Positions 1-12,900 of a stretch of 64,000 bases of DNA are shown here, one piece after another (within the stretch, counting starts at the first letter, position 1; each line of letters begins with the position of its first letter). The position numbers and the translations under genes were made by a program. The notes under the pieces are model-generated. The model saw nothing but the letters and a program-made list of their open reading frames with translations. It had not been told where the DNA came from and searched no databases. This DNA is from Octopus vulgaris (taxonomy: Eukaryota): NCBI GenBank assembly GCA_951406725.2, contig OX597821.1, positions 13,144,001 to 13,208,000 of the forward strand. Direction: 5' to 3'.

Positions 1-25
1 TGATTGATTTCGATGTAATTAATGG

Positions 26-47
26 CAATAATAATAATAATAATAAT

Positions 48-103
<56 letters not shown>

Positions 104-127
104 CAACAACAACAACAACAACAACAA
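26..127. repeat. (AAT)n/(AAC)n compound microsatellite
   Basis: Direct reading. Confidence 0.95.
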
Positions 128-129
128 GA

Positions 130-447
130 ATGTGGCTATGTGGTAAGAAGCTTGCTTTTTAACCACACGGTTCCGCATGAAGTTCCACTGCGTGACACTT
201 TGGACTGGTATATTCTATCATAGCTTCGGGTTGATCAAACCCTCATGAGTGGATTTGGTGCACGGAAACTGAATGAAGGCCATCATATATATATGTATAT
301 CTTATGTGTATACATCATACATGTTTGCATATGTGTGTATGAATATTGTGTGGGGTGTGAGTTTGCATGTGTGTGTATATATGTGTCCTTGTCTGTGAGT
401 TTGTGGGAATTTGTGTTCATCCCCCAGCTCTGCTTTTGGCGGTTGGC
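130..447 (+). mobile_element. SINE family A, degenerate and 3'-truncated
   Basis: TGTGGCTATGTGGTAAGAAGCTTGC...GAGTGGATTTGGTGCACGGAAACTGAA aligns by eye to the full copy at 21678-22135. Confidence 0.8.
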
Positions 448-578
448 AAAAAAAAAAAGCCTTAACTTTTTATGTAGTTCATAAATTTCTAGTTACAACA
501 TTTTGACGATCTCCTCAAAATTTTCATAAATTTCTATATCTTAGTTATGCTAGGTCCTCCCCAAAAATCTAGATTTCC

Positions 579-618
<40 letters not shown>

Positions 619-1079
619 CTCTCTCTCTCTCTCTCCGTCTCTCTCTCTCTCTCCGTCTCTCTCTCTCTCTCTCTCTCTTTCCCTTTCCTCTTCCATTAGG
701 TTTTCAGTGCTGCTGTATGCATTTACACGATAGGATGGCCATTGTCGACGCTCCTCTCAAAAATCCCCTCCCAACCGCCCCCAATCTACCGCCAGTCATG
801 TCAATTAACAATCCAGTCAAACAGCCTGTATTAAGAGACACAACGTGCCCGCTCTTCTATTTAACGCTGCAGCATCAGTGGTAGGTAAACCAACAGCCGT
901 AAATCTGTCATCATTTGTTGTCTAAAGAAATCAGGGGAGACAACATTAGGACTGCTAGGCCTTAGAGTAACAATAAAAGTATAGTAATAATTGTGAAACT
1001 ATAGTAGTGAACAAGTAATAAGAATATAGTACTAATTGTGAAATTATTTTAGTGAATTAGTAAATAATTATCGTCGAGA

Positions 1080-3215
1080 CGTCGGTGACTAAACCGGCAA
1101 CCCCACTAAGTTTGCTTGATGAGGAGGATGGATATATCGACACCCTGCGGGATTAAAAAGAAAACCCGGTAGAGAAACCCAGAAGAGTCAATCGCCATTG
1201 CGAAAACTGGTAGACAAAACTTGTGAGATTTGGCTGGCATTCTATCTAGAAGGAACACTGATTTTAAAACGGGTTAGACAGGACGCCTTAGTCACAGTGG
1301 TGACAATCTGTCAGTGTCCAAAGGCTCCATGCTTGGGATGAAGGCGAATGAACTGCGAATCGGGACTTAACCTCGGAGAAATATTTGGATGAAGATACGG
1401 GAGCAACTGATGCTCACCTGTCTCATAGTGAGAATCACAATCATGGTCCACAACACACAGAAATACAAAGGAACAAACCCAATTTATGGGTAGTAAGAGC
1501 TCTGCAGTCTTGGTTGACAAACTTACTAGTGATGGTGTCTCGATAAAAACACCGGTTGATGGCTAACCTTAAAACACATACCTCAATGTTGAGGGAAAAT
1601 GTCTAATACAAATGTATCAAATAATGGTGTTAATGAGGCTAGAACCAAAGGTGAAAGCCTTTCGCCCCGCAGGTGCCCTGATCGTCAACACAGGCCTGAT
1701 CGTCATCCACAAAGCCAGAGGCAGTGAAGAAGTTAGGATAAAGTGGCAAACCGAACGGTAATTGAACGCTGGATCAGGAACGAACCCAACAGAAGGGGGT
1801 TCCGACAACGAATGAAAGCAAAATGGAATGAGATAGGACTCTTCAAAACAAGCAAGCAACGGTTAGCCGACCAGGTAAGAGCAATAAGAGCAAAAGGGTG
1901 GTTAACAGACATGAAAATAGAAGCGATAAAAAGGAAAATAGAAGATAGAAATAATACTTCACCAACAGATAACGTACTCAGTGAGAACAGAAAATGAAAG
2001 GCGGCAGTGAAGACGTAGAGGAAAGGGTAAATGTAAATGCATTCTCAGCAAATGAAGCTGAAGTAATAGGAAGACCTATATCACAAGGATACAATGATAA
2101 CCATCAAGACATAGGACGCCGTGTCGATATTAGAGAATATCAGGATCAAGCACCATCCAACCTGAGGTACATTGATCGACGTAGGCTCAAAGTTGAAACC
2201 GAAAAGATAAATTCGGTTCTTGGGCTATTCCAGACCAGAAATATAAATAAAATTAACAAGATTATTAGGGCTGCAGCTGTGGTTGGTGCAGATACAGGTG
2301 AGTATAAAAGAAAAGAACAAACAGAAAGTAAAGAATCATTCTAGCGTAAAGGAATTTGTGAGAAACAAAGAAAGATAGAATGGTTGTATACTGTCAATCT
2401 AACACGAACGTGACAGTACACCACCGCTGTTTTAGTCCTAGGAAGCATCGACGCCTCCTGATGGCTTTGACACATTTTTCCTGTGTCCTTATATACATTT
2501 AACCCTTGTCTCCCCTTCGTAAATGTATATAAGGACACAGGAAAATGTGTCAAAGCCATCAGGAGGCGTCGATGCTTCCTAGGGTTAAAACAACGGTGGT
2601 GTACCCCCCTACTGTTACGTTCGTGTTAGATTGACAGTATACAACCATTCTATCGCCCCACCACCGTACATGTCTCTACGAGAGATTTAGAAATTTAGTA
2701 TTTCTGAAAGAAAGATAAAATGACATTAAGGACAGGTTGATAGATTGAGAAGAGGGGGGAACTACAGAACGAAAGAACACGAATAACGCTGGAAAGAACA
2801 TATAGAATAAGAGATAAAGGTTATGATGTGATATTGGAAGAATTGACACAAAGAGTATTAGCAATCAATGCAAAACTGGAAAGCAGTTCAGGCAAAACAG
2901 ATTGTTTGAAGCAAATCAGAAGAAATTCTTTCAGGAAGTAGATGGGGGGCAAATACACGTAACAATGATACCAGATGCAGAGGAAAGCAAGGCATTCTGG
3001 AGAGGGAGCTGGGTCCAACCTGTAGAGTATAATGATGAAGCGGAGGGGCTGCATGAAATCCAAGATAGGTTAAAAAATATAGAGGTCCAAGAAGACAAAG
3101 ATAACTACAAAAGTGATTCAAAAAAGCAGTTAAGAAAATTCCCACACTGGAAGGGCTCAGAACCAGATGGGATCCGTCTAAGGTTATTGGATGAAGAAGC
3201 TGAGTGGGTCCCATG
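1080..3215 (+). mobile_element. R4/Dong-type LINE, 5' part, decayed and interrupted by a hairpin insertion
   Basis: Peptides [12 protein letters not shown]...[16 protein letters not shown] and NRLFEANQKKFF...PDAEESKAFW...FPHWKGSEPDGI resemble the R4/Dong N-terminal and pre-RT region. Stops and frameshifts present; 5' boundary approximate. Confidence 0.8.
2374..2654. repeat. Long inverted repeat (arms 2374-2501 / 2520-2654) inserted in the LINE
   Basis: GATAGAATGGTTGTATACTGTCAATC... is the reverse complement of ...GATTGACAGTATACAACCATTCTATC; 18-nt spacer. Confidence 0.95.
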
Positions 3216-3239
3216 AGGCGGAGGACATAACGCAAACAA

Positions 3240-4325
3240 GGAATCTTCTTCGGGCATCTGGCATAATTTGCTGTGAAGAAATTACAACTGAAGAAAACAA
3301 AAAATGGTGGAGCAAAAGTAAGATGGTAGAAAGGACGCATTGAAAGGGACATAATGCGGGCAAGGAAAGATCTAGGGAAAATTGAGCAGTGTTTAAGAGG
3401 AAACTGGATAAATGGGGAAAGGACCGACCAAGAAAAATTCGAGAAGAAATATAAAATACAGAAGAACGTGTTTGATGCAGTAATAGAGCAGTTAAAACAA
3501 AGGATCAAGGTAAAAAGCCAGATCAGAAGATTTGTGAACAGAAATAAGCAGTTCGAGGAGAAGAGATTGTTCAAAATAAACCCGAAGCAATTCTTCCGAA
3601 CGTTAGAAGGAGACAATGGGGGAAAATGTTGTTCCTGATGCAAATCAAACCAAGGAGCTCTGGAGCGGATTATGGGGAAACAATGAGCGGATTATTTATA
3701 AAATGGATGTAATGTGGGTAAAAACTATCAAGACAGAATTAGAAAGAATCAAAAGCATATTGGCATAAGTACGGGTGACGTGAAAGAACAAGTGGGTAAA
3801 GTGCCTAACTGGAAAGCCCCCAGACCAGATAGGATTCATAGCTTTTGGCTGAAGAGATGCCGCGCTGTACATGAAAGGCTAGCAGCCCAGTTGAATGAGT
3901 GTCTCCAGAAAGGTGCAGTCCCCGCGTGGATGGTGACAGGGAGGACAACACTTATAAAGAAAGATAGAAGAAAGGGGAATATTGTGGGAAACTACCGTCC
4001 CATAGCATGCCTAAACATAATCTGGAAGATACTCACTGGTATATATATGGCAAAGACATATATTTTCTTGGCACAGGAAAAATCCTACCAAGGGAACAAA
4101 AAGGGTGTAGGAAGAGTTCTCAGGGTACCAAGGATCACTTGATCATCGATAAAACAGTTTTGAGGCATTGTAAAAAAACATCATACAAACATGTCTATGA
4201 CTTGGATTGACTTTAAGAAGTCATATATGATGTCTCATTCTTGAATCGTTGAATGCTTGCAGGAGTTTGTTGTTGCTGATAAAATCACAAATTTTCTGAT
4301 GCATAGCATGAAAGAGTGGAAAACC
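3240..4325 (+). mobile_element. Second R4/Dong-type LINE fragment with RT domains 0-3
   Basis: [70 protein letters not shown]; frameshifted. Confidence 0.9.
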
Positions 4326-4329
4326 AAAT

Positions 4330-4580
4330 ATACCGATGTCACTATCACACTTCTGGACTGCTTTGGTTAAGGAATATATCTGTTTTTTTCTGATTTCCCA
4401 AACAATTTAAGGTCATCCATAAGCAGAAGATGGTTCAATGATGGGCCTTTCTTCCCACATCGGTAACCCATCTTAACTTTCCTAAGTGTCATTGTTATGG
4501 GTATTAGTGCAATTACAAATAGTAACAGAGAAAACGAGTCACCTTGGAAGATTCTCCTTTCAATATTAGCTTCTCAAAAG
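4330..4580 (-). mobile_element. R4/Dong RT domains 4-5, inverted
   Basis: Minus strand reads IFQGDSFSLLLFVIALIP and NHLLLMDDLKLF. Confidence 0.85.
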
Positions 4581-4699
4581 AATGCATTAGTTGAGTACAT
4601 TAAAAACAAAAACAAAAACAACAATAACAACACACAAAACATAAACAAAAGTAAAACATACCCAAAAATCCCAGATATTTTATCTAGAGGTTTGGTGGA

Positions 4700-4975
4700 A
4701 ACGATTCTCCTCAAATCTTAAGGATCTTTCTTAGGATTCTTACAGCCTTGATAATTCTCAATTTTCTTCAATTTCTTCGGTATCAACTCTGCTATTGTAG
4801 GGAATTACAAAATCTATGATATTACACTGTTTATTTTGTCTTCTATAATCATATCTAGATCTCTCGCCTAAACAGTATGGTAAGTCTTTATGACGAAATC
4901 CCACAAGATCTTGTAATTTCCATTTTCTATCATGGCTTCTGGTTTGTATCCATACCACTTTTCTGTTGTATTCAT
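4700..4975 (-). mobile_element. R4/Dong REL endonuclease remnant
   Basis: CNIIDFVIPYNSRVDTEEIEE resembles the D...E..K region seen at 53979-54191. Confidence 0.65.
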
Positions 4976-4976
4976 A

Positions 4977-5210
4977 CCTATTTCTTTACTACCCACAAGG
5001 GGCTAAACACAGAGGGGACAAGCAAGGACAGACAAACGGATTAAGTCGATTACATCGACCCCCAGTGCGTAACCGGTACTTAATTTATCGACCCTGAAAG
5101 GATGAAAAACAAAGTCCACCTCGGCGGAATTTGATCTCAGAAGGTAAAGACAGATGAAATACCACTAAGCATTTCGCCCGGCATACTAACGTTTATGCCA
5201 GCTCGCCGCC
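4977..5210 (-). mobile_element. SINE family C, full length
   Basis: Reverse complement of the 11968-12197 copy. Confidence 0.9.
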
Positions 5211-5214
5211 TTTC

Positions 5215-5510
5215 AAAATATCATAGATTAGTAAGCAATAGTTTCACAAGAATAATAAAGAGAAATAGGCTTGGTGGGCACCATTGATAGATCTATACGT
5301 AGCGCATACACATACATTCCAAACCATGACAAAGATGAACCTAGCATGCTCGTCAAAACTTTCTCTGGAAATTAAATGAAATTCAACACAAATATATAAT
5401 GGAATGTTATAGACGATGCACCTTTATTTATAAATGGATTTGGAACTTCCTTCCTCTGAACCAGAGAAAAATACCACAGAATCACGGAAAACATATGGTA
5501 AGCAAGAAAG
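5215..5510 (+). mobile_element. Very decayed PLE GIY-YIG-like fragment
   Basis: Broken frames with ...LWKL...WNVIDDAP...EKYH, resembling the PLE endonuclease C-terminus. Confidence 0.4.
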
Positions 5511-6603
5511 AATGAAATTGTGTCACGATATAGTCACTAAAACAAATTTATATTTAAAAAATGGTCACAATCCCAAAACGGAATAAAAGAAAATAAACCT
5601 ACACTCACATTTACATAGATACTTCATCACACACACGCACATACATACATTTACTAACCATTTCCCAATAAAACTGATGTCCTTATGCCTAAACTAAAAT
5701 CCAATTATTAGTTGGCAAAATCTCCATTGGGGTGCTTTTTCCAGCTCTGTACGCTCCGAGGTCATCTAGCCTGGAAGCTAACATTGCCCTTCATTCTTTC
5801 GGGTCGATAAAACAACGTATCAGTTTAATACTGGATTTGATGTAATCTACTTCTATCAACGCATCTGCCCTTGAGACTAAAGTTGCTGTCGCTGTTGCTG
5901 ATTATGTTTCTGCGCGTTACTGTTGTTGCCGTTGTTAGTCTTCGCCACTTAATATTCGTTTGGTTACAAATCTATTGTTATATGTTTATTTTATGCGTTG
6001 TTTCTTTATCTAATTGACTGTTATGACTAATAATTAATCAATTAACTACCTAATTCATTCATTGACGTATCCATTCAGTCTTTCATTGAATCAATCATTC
6101 GTTCATTCTTTATTCAATTATTCATTAAGCCTCTCTTTAATTTATCCATTTAATCCTTCAATCAAACTAATTATATTTATTATTACTTTCAGTTGCAAAT
6201 TTCAGTTTTTAATATTATTTTCAACGCTATTTTTTGCTATAATTATTGTATTTACTAACATTGATTGATGAATTTTATTTCCTATATTATTTCTATATTC
6301 ATTCATTATTTATCTGTTTATTTATACTTATTTATCGTTTATATTTATTATCTTGTTTCCAGTGCAGTTTAGTTTTGTTATTTTATTTAACGCTTTTAAA
6401 TACATATTTATTATAATTTTTGCGATATTTCTTTCATATACATATATATTTATATATATTCTATTGCCCGTGTTTATTGATTTATTATTTTAAAATTATT
6501 TATTATGTTATTTACCATATATATATATATTTAATGTGGAAATAAATATTTGTTGGCGTGAAAATTAAATGTTACATACTGGAAATGATTAATGTTATAC
6601 ACA

Positions 6604-6643
<40 letters not shown>

Positions 6644-6844
6644 TAAAAACAAACGTATATTTATACGCACACATGTTCGCGCTACATTTTATTACCGCCC
6701 TGCGGTGGCTGTTAAATTGTGATAGTGACCTTATGATGATAATGTTTTAATGAGATCGCATGAAAGTAAGAACACTAGTTGTGTGATATTAATAGAAATA
6801 ATGATTATGATGTTGTTCTTGCGGATGATGATGATGAGGGTGAT

Positions 6845-6981
<137 letters not shown>

Positions 6982-6984
6982 TTC

Positions 6985-7385
6985 GGTAGCCAGGGGTAAT
7001 CAAAAACTGACTGAAATAGTAGAAGATTTCAAAGAGATAAGAAAAAACCCACTAGAATTAACAAATGGTAAGAAATGCAACTGCATGGTCAATTCATGCA
7101 ACCAGCCGAAAGTGTTGGAAGTGAAGATCGTTGATAGACGGGAGCTTGAAACTGGAAAAAAGAACAGTAACTATAGCTGCTCTGGAAGAAGCCTAGAACA
7201 AACCCGATAAAGGCAAAGATCAACAAAACTCAGTCAGACATCAAATGTAGAATCTGCAGGAAAGGAGTCGAGAGTGCTAATCACGTTTTGAGTGAGTGCA
7301 GTATATTAACACAAAAAGAGTATAAGCGCATACATGACAATATAGGCAAAGAGTGCATCGGGATGTCAGCCGAGTGTAAGGTATG
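6985..7385 (+). mobile_element. R4/Dong C-terminal zinc-knuckle fragment
   Basis: CRICRKGVESANHVLSECSILTQKEYKRIHDNIG at about 7247-7348 (CCHC + RHD-like motif); abuts (AAT)n. Confidence 0.85.
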
Positions 7386-7387
7386 AA

Positions 7388-7690
7388 TAAATTAAGTACC
7401 AGTTACGCACTGGGGTCGATATAATCCACTTAATCCGTTTATCTGTTCTTGTTTGTCCTCTCTGTGTTAGGCCCCTTGTGTGTAGTAAAGAAACTTTAGC
7501 ACGCCGGGCGAAATGCTTAGCGGTATTTCATCTGTCTTTACCTTCTCAGTTCAAATTCCGGCGAGGCCCACTTTGCCTTTCATTCTCTCGGGATCGATAA
7601 ATTAAGTACCAGTTGCGTACTGGGGTCGATATAATCAACTGACCTCTTCCCCAAAAATGCCGGGTCTTGTGCCTAGAGTAGAAAAGAATC
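7388..7690 (+). mobile_element. Two SINE family C pieces in tandem (tail, then body with an alternative tail)
   Basis: AATTAAGTACCAGTTRCGYACTGGGGTCGAT occurs twice, followed by different 3' ends. Confidence 0.85.
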
Positions 7691-7739
7691 TATGTTATTT
7701 TGTTAGCAATTTCCGCGTAATTGGCATGTTTTAAAACTT

Positions 7740-8150
7740 GTACAACTGCACAGGAACTCTCATGTGTATTGTTGTTTGGTGATTGCATAGTGTTTTTTTA
7801 TGTTTTTGCGCGGCTATACATGACTCTTGTTTTGTTTCTTTTCGAGAATTTTTGGCGCTTCTGTTCAGTTGGTTAATGTTTGTAAGGCGTGTGTTATGTA
7901 AGTTGCAACAATCATTCAGATTGTGGCTTTACTTTTAGCGTCGGTTTGTGGGGGTTTTTTTTCTAGTGTATTGCAGCTCATCCTTAAATCCGCGTTTTAG
8001 GATATTTTCTTATCAGATGAAATATTCGAGATACTTTTCCTGACTTTCCTAATGTGTCTTTATTATGGATGGCGGATAAGTGGATTTTATATTTAGGTAT
8101 GCGTTTTTCTCATTGGGTATGTAGTGTGTTCCACTTCTCCAGTTCAATAT
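7740..8150 (-). mobile_element. Very decayed PLE-like fragment
   Basis: Broken frames ...KSISNISSDKKI... and MYS.AK resemble the PLE thumb/linker region. Confidence 0.35.
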
Positions 8151-8293
8151 GATATCATTGTTGTTTACGATCGATAGTTATGTTTCTACCGAAATCATAG
8201 ATACAATATACAACATATGAAATGACTACAGTATCAGATAATCCACACATATAAACGGATAAAAAATATACAAACAATAGGGATACAGTTAGC

Positions 8294-8334
8294 TTCGCCT
8301 GATGATAGCGCTAGCATGAAACACGAGTTACGAG
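8294..8334 (+). ncRNA. Degenerate minimal type-I hammerhead-like motif
   Basis: TTCGC-CTGATGA-TAGCGCTAGCAT-GAAA-CACGAG-TT-ACGAG; cores intact, helices imperfect. Confidence 0.45.
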
Positions 8335-8460
8335 ACGAAATCTTGGCTTCACCTTCGTAAACAGAACAAATATATCGAGCACTCTTTTGTTATCCGCATA
8401 TATATATATATTTACATACATAAATACATATATGGAAGTATAAATATACTTGTATAATTT

Positions 8461-8494
<34 letters not shown>

Positions 8495-8781
8495 CAACAA
8501 CAAATCAACTGACACTAGAAATCTGTAGTGAGACATATCTTTATCGATATACATGATGGGACTCAGACTGATGGATCGGGACATAAGTTGTACCTAATAA
8601 AGATTTGATACCAAATCCATCTCCTGTTAATTAATATTAGTACCCAAAACGGCCACTGCTCAGTTCCAGAAGTAGATCGAACAGGAACGTACAACGAACG
8701 AGTGCGGATAACAGACAACCTAAACTGTAACGATGCTCTACACAACATTTCAACACCCTAATCGACTTATACTTATTTGTC

Positions 8782-8784
<3 letters not shown>

Positions 8785-8835
<51 letters not shown>

Positions 8836-9196
8836 CACAAATCTATCTCCCGATCTCTGTGTGTATATATATATATATATGTATGTATATAGCTATATGT
8901 ATATCTATCTATAATTATATACATAGATATATATATATATATATATAACATATTTATGTATATCTTATATATATGTATGTATACTCACTTACATATATAT
9001 ACATATGTAAAATATATATGTATACGTTATATATACACATAAATATATATATGTATACATGTATATATATATGTATATATATCTATATATATATATATAT
9101 AAATATATGTATGAATATACATATTAATATATATATGCATGTATATATATATATATATATATATTCATATATATATAAATATATATATATACGTAC

Positions 9197-9293
<97 letters not shown>

Positions 9294-9306
9294 CACATAT
9301 ATATAT
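8785..9306. repeat. (TA)n-rich compound microsatellite
   Basis: Direct reading; one of many such tracts (e.g. 30550-31030, 44016-44360, 57735-58130, 58730-58980). Confidence 0.95.
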
Positions 9307-9759
9307 TATTAAAAACATTCAAGACAAGGAATAATGACAATATATTGTTGTGTCGAATATGGCAATAATTATTAAAATAATGACTTGCTAAGTGAGGCAT
9401 TGAAAATAGAACTTTTGTAATTTATGATTGTAATTGTTTTGCAGAAATTTTATAGAAATAAAAAAGATACCAATTTCTTCGTATTTTTTTCACTAAAATG
9501 ATTGACGCTTACTCACACACATACATACACTTATATTTAAGTATACGTATATCTATCCACACGTGAGTGCGTCTGTGCCTCTGTCCGTGCGCGCATATTC
9601 GAGTGTGTGTATAGTCGATTGAAAGCAACGCTGACGGCTATTTACAATTTCGTAGAGATTTTTAGGACGCCATATTGGAACTTAATTCTAAACAAAATTA
9701 AGAAATCTTAACCGATGGCAGCACACATCATGTTTCGGTCGTACATTGTCATAAGTATC

Positions 9760-10340
9760 AGATAAATGAAAACAGGTTTTTTATCAGTCAGAACTAGGAG
9801 AAGAGAAACCATACTACTCCTATGGAAAACTTCATTCTTAGTCATATGGATGACGGCTGCCAACTGTGGTCAAGAAACTGAAGCGGTACTCCCTAGAGAT
9901 AATGTGCGAAAGATATGGAGTGATATACATATAGACGTCCCTGGAAGATTTAGCCCACAACTTTGAAACTGAATGTTGTATCAACCGCCGAACTAGACGG
10001 CACTACACAGTACTAAAACTCTTATCTTCTCTATCAAAAATAACGACCCAGTACTGTAATAGTTCAGGAGTAAAGGGTTCACAATTATTCAGCATTCTGC
10101 CAAACGATCTCAAAGACTTGCGAGGTGTAGATGTGCAGGTTTTTAAACAGCGACTGGACAAATTTTTATCTGACATACCAGATGAATCCACATCTCTGCT
10201 GTAGGCACAAAGAAGAGCAGTTCCATCCAACTCACTATTTCCACGAGAAAGATTACAGAAAAGAAACCCAAACACAGTGAAGGGAAGTGCTTAGTATGGC
10301 CTCAGCCTCTGGCTGAAACCTATACAATGTAAAAAATAAA
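9760..10340 (+). mobile_element. CR1-like LINE 3' end, decayed
   Basis: RTRRRETILLLWKT/ILSHMDDGCQLWS and GSQLFSILPNDLKDLRGVDVQVFKQRLDKFLSDIPDE, then a stem-loop tail and an A-rich end. Confidence 0.8.
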
Positions 10341-10509
10341 GCATTGGGGATTACAACTACGTAACTGACGGAAAATAACCCGCACCAATGACTACGAAAA
10401 ACAGGGTATGTCATGAAATATCTGGCAGGGAAGCTCGGTGAACCGCGAATGCCAAATCGATGCAAATACTTTACTGATAGCGCTGTTTGATATAGTGATC
10501 GTATTTCTA

Positions 10510-10735
10510 TCTTTTACTAGCTTCAGTCATTGAACTGCAGCCATGCCGAGGCACGCCTTCAATGGTTTAGTTGAACAACTGGTCTCCAAATTTGACACTT
10601 ATTCTAACGGAGTCTTTTGGCGAACCTTTAGGTTACGAGAAATAAACAAACAACACTGGTTATCAAATGGTGGTAGAGGAACAAATAAAAACGCACGCAC
10701 ACATACATACATGCAAATACGTACACACACATGAA
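10510..10735 (-). mobile_element. SINE family A 3' half, degenerate
   Basis: CTTTTACTAGCTTCAGTCATTGAACTGCAGCCATGC is the reverse complement of the family A tail. Confidence 0.75.
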
Positions 10736-11967
10736 TACATAGTTAAATTTGACTTATATGTATATATACGTCACAGTTTACATATATGTTGCATATCATA
10801 CCTTGAGATTTTGTGAACTGATATCCCCGTTGACAGGCCGATGATATTAAATAAAGTGTTATATATTTATGGTATGAATATTAATAGCTCCAGCTCTCTA
10901 AAGCTAATGCATTTGTTTTGTATATAAACAGACTGGCTATTTGCTTTTCTGGGCTGGGTCAAGCAATGTTGACATCTGTGATGGGAAGTGAATAGGATTC
11001 GAAAATCGATTAACGCTATTCATCCTTTTTCTTAATTTTCGGAGAAATAGCTCAATTTACTCTTTTACTATATTTACCGCGTAGGTTGTATGTGGGGGAT
11101 GCATGTGTGTGATACTGGCTTTTACATACTTTCCCTCTACCAAATTTCCTCATCAGGTATTGGTCGGCTTGAGGCTAGAGTATAAAATACTTACCTATGA
11201 TACCGCAGAGACCGAGGTCGAAATTACGTGATTGCAAAGCGAACTTCTAATCACACAGTCAGCAACTTCCCTTTCGTTGCAGGTAGATATATAAAACTCA
11301 AAATGCAAAACTCAAGGTACTACAAGAACAGTTTACGCCTAGGCTCACTAGCATGTAAAATATGTGTATCTCATTATACATTTGTTCTTGAATTGAGGAA
11401 AACAATTATATGTATTTTGAGACAAGGATCCAATATTTTGCTGAGTAACGTTTCTATATATTGTGGGAGAACGACCCCATATATTGCAGAACATTGCCTG
11501 TGTATTCGTGCATAATACAAATGTAATGGTCTAATGAGCTACGGCAATAAATTCGTCACTCCTAATCACCAGCCAAAACGTTACACACGGTTTGCTTAGC
11601 AAATCTATGCTACGTGTAAATGTATATAAAAGAGGAATCTATAAAATATATATATTATTGAATACTTGCACAGGCTGTTAACCATAGCTTTCCTCGTCGT
11701 TGCCGCTGTATTTTGTGTATTATACTTCTTTATGGCGACCTGAGTGAAGATAGTTTCTGTGTTATGAATAGTTAAGCATAGTCTGTAAATCTGAAAGAAC
11801 GCTGTAAGAATGACTCTAACTTAGCAGAATAAATACTGGAATTAAATTAGAGTGTAACCTAGGTAATTTATACTACACTGGACGAGACAGCATCGAGAAT
11901 AATGTAATTTGTAAACCGTGAGTGAATTTATATTTGGGAGGAGAGCCCACGGTAATGCCAGCACATT

Positions 11968-12197
11968 GCGGCGAGCTGGCAGAATCGTTAGCACGCCGGG
12001 CGAAATGCTCAGCAGTATTTCGTCTGCCGCTAAGTTCTGAGTTCAAATTCCGCCGAGGTCGACTTTGCCTTTCATCCTATCGGGGTTGATGAAATAAGTA
12101 CCAGTTACGCACTGGGGTCGATATGATCGACTTAATCCGTTTGTCTGTCCTTGTTTGTCCTCTCTGTGTTTATCCCCTAATGGGTAGTAAAGAAATA
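11968..12197 (+). mobile_element. SINE family C, full length with 15-bp TSD
   Basis: Head GGCGAGCTGGCAGAATCGTTAGC, B-box GAGTTCAAATTCC; TSD GGTAATGCCAGCACA at 11951-11965 and 12198-12212. Confidence 0.95.
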
Positions 12198-12459
12198 GGT
12201 AATGCCAGCACACCACTACCATTGATCTCTATTTTCCCCGTATTGCGTCAGTATTTAATCCGACATTGCATGTTATATATTGACAAATCCCCACGTCTAT
12301 ATAAATGTAGAAGTGTCTTATTTTTCTTCTATCACCGACGGTGTAATACTCTCTGCCTTGAGTACTGAAAGCTTGCTTTAATGTCTGAAATGATTGTGGT
12401 AAAACGAAATTAAAATGAGATTTATGATGACATCAGTTATTATTTCTTGTTTCTTGATG

Positions 12460-12900
12460 GGTTGGCCAAAAAGTCCTTTCGGGTTTTGTTGACACTAAAT
12501 TTCAAGTACCCTAATAAATAGTTAACTTCAATCTGATCCTTGCGCACGCTCATTCATTAGATATTTCACAATTTAAGGTTGTTCGACATGAACATGCAAT
12601 GAGACAGATTGTATTTTGGGTTTAGTGTCACCCTGACAAAAGAACACCATCAACGCGTTATGCTTGTCTTTGTTTTTCGTTTTTTCATTTTAAAATATGG
12701 CAGAAAGGGGTGGAAACCTTCAAGATAGTATGTGTTGTGTACGAATATGATGCTGTTATGGAAGGTGCATGCCAGATGCGGTTCTCAAGATTTTGATCAG
12801 AGAATTCGTCGGTTCAAGATGCATTCGCTCTAGCCGTATGAGTGAGATTGATAACGACAACCATTCCTCTTATTCGACTAGGGCGATGGAAGATATTCCC
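12460..12900 (+). mobile_element. Mariner-like transposon 5' remnant
   Basis: TIR-like GGGTTGGCCAAAAAGT; broken peptide VYEYDAVMEGACQMRFSRF..ENSSVQDA like a mariner HTH region. Confidence 0.55.

Noticed and set aside
1080-1500. HDV-like ribozyme in the R4/Dong 5' UTR
   Set aside because: Plausible for the clade, but I could not assemble the nested double pseudoknot by eye; needs a descriptor search.
2888-3643. 251-aa minus-strand ORF
   Set aside because: Antisense shadow of the A-rich LINE coding strand.
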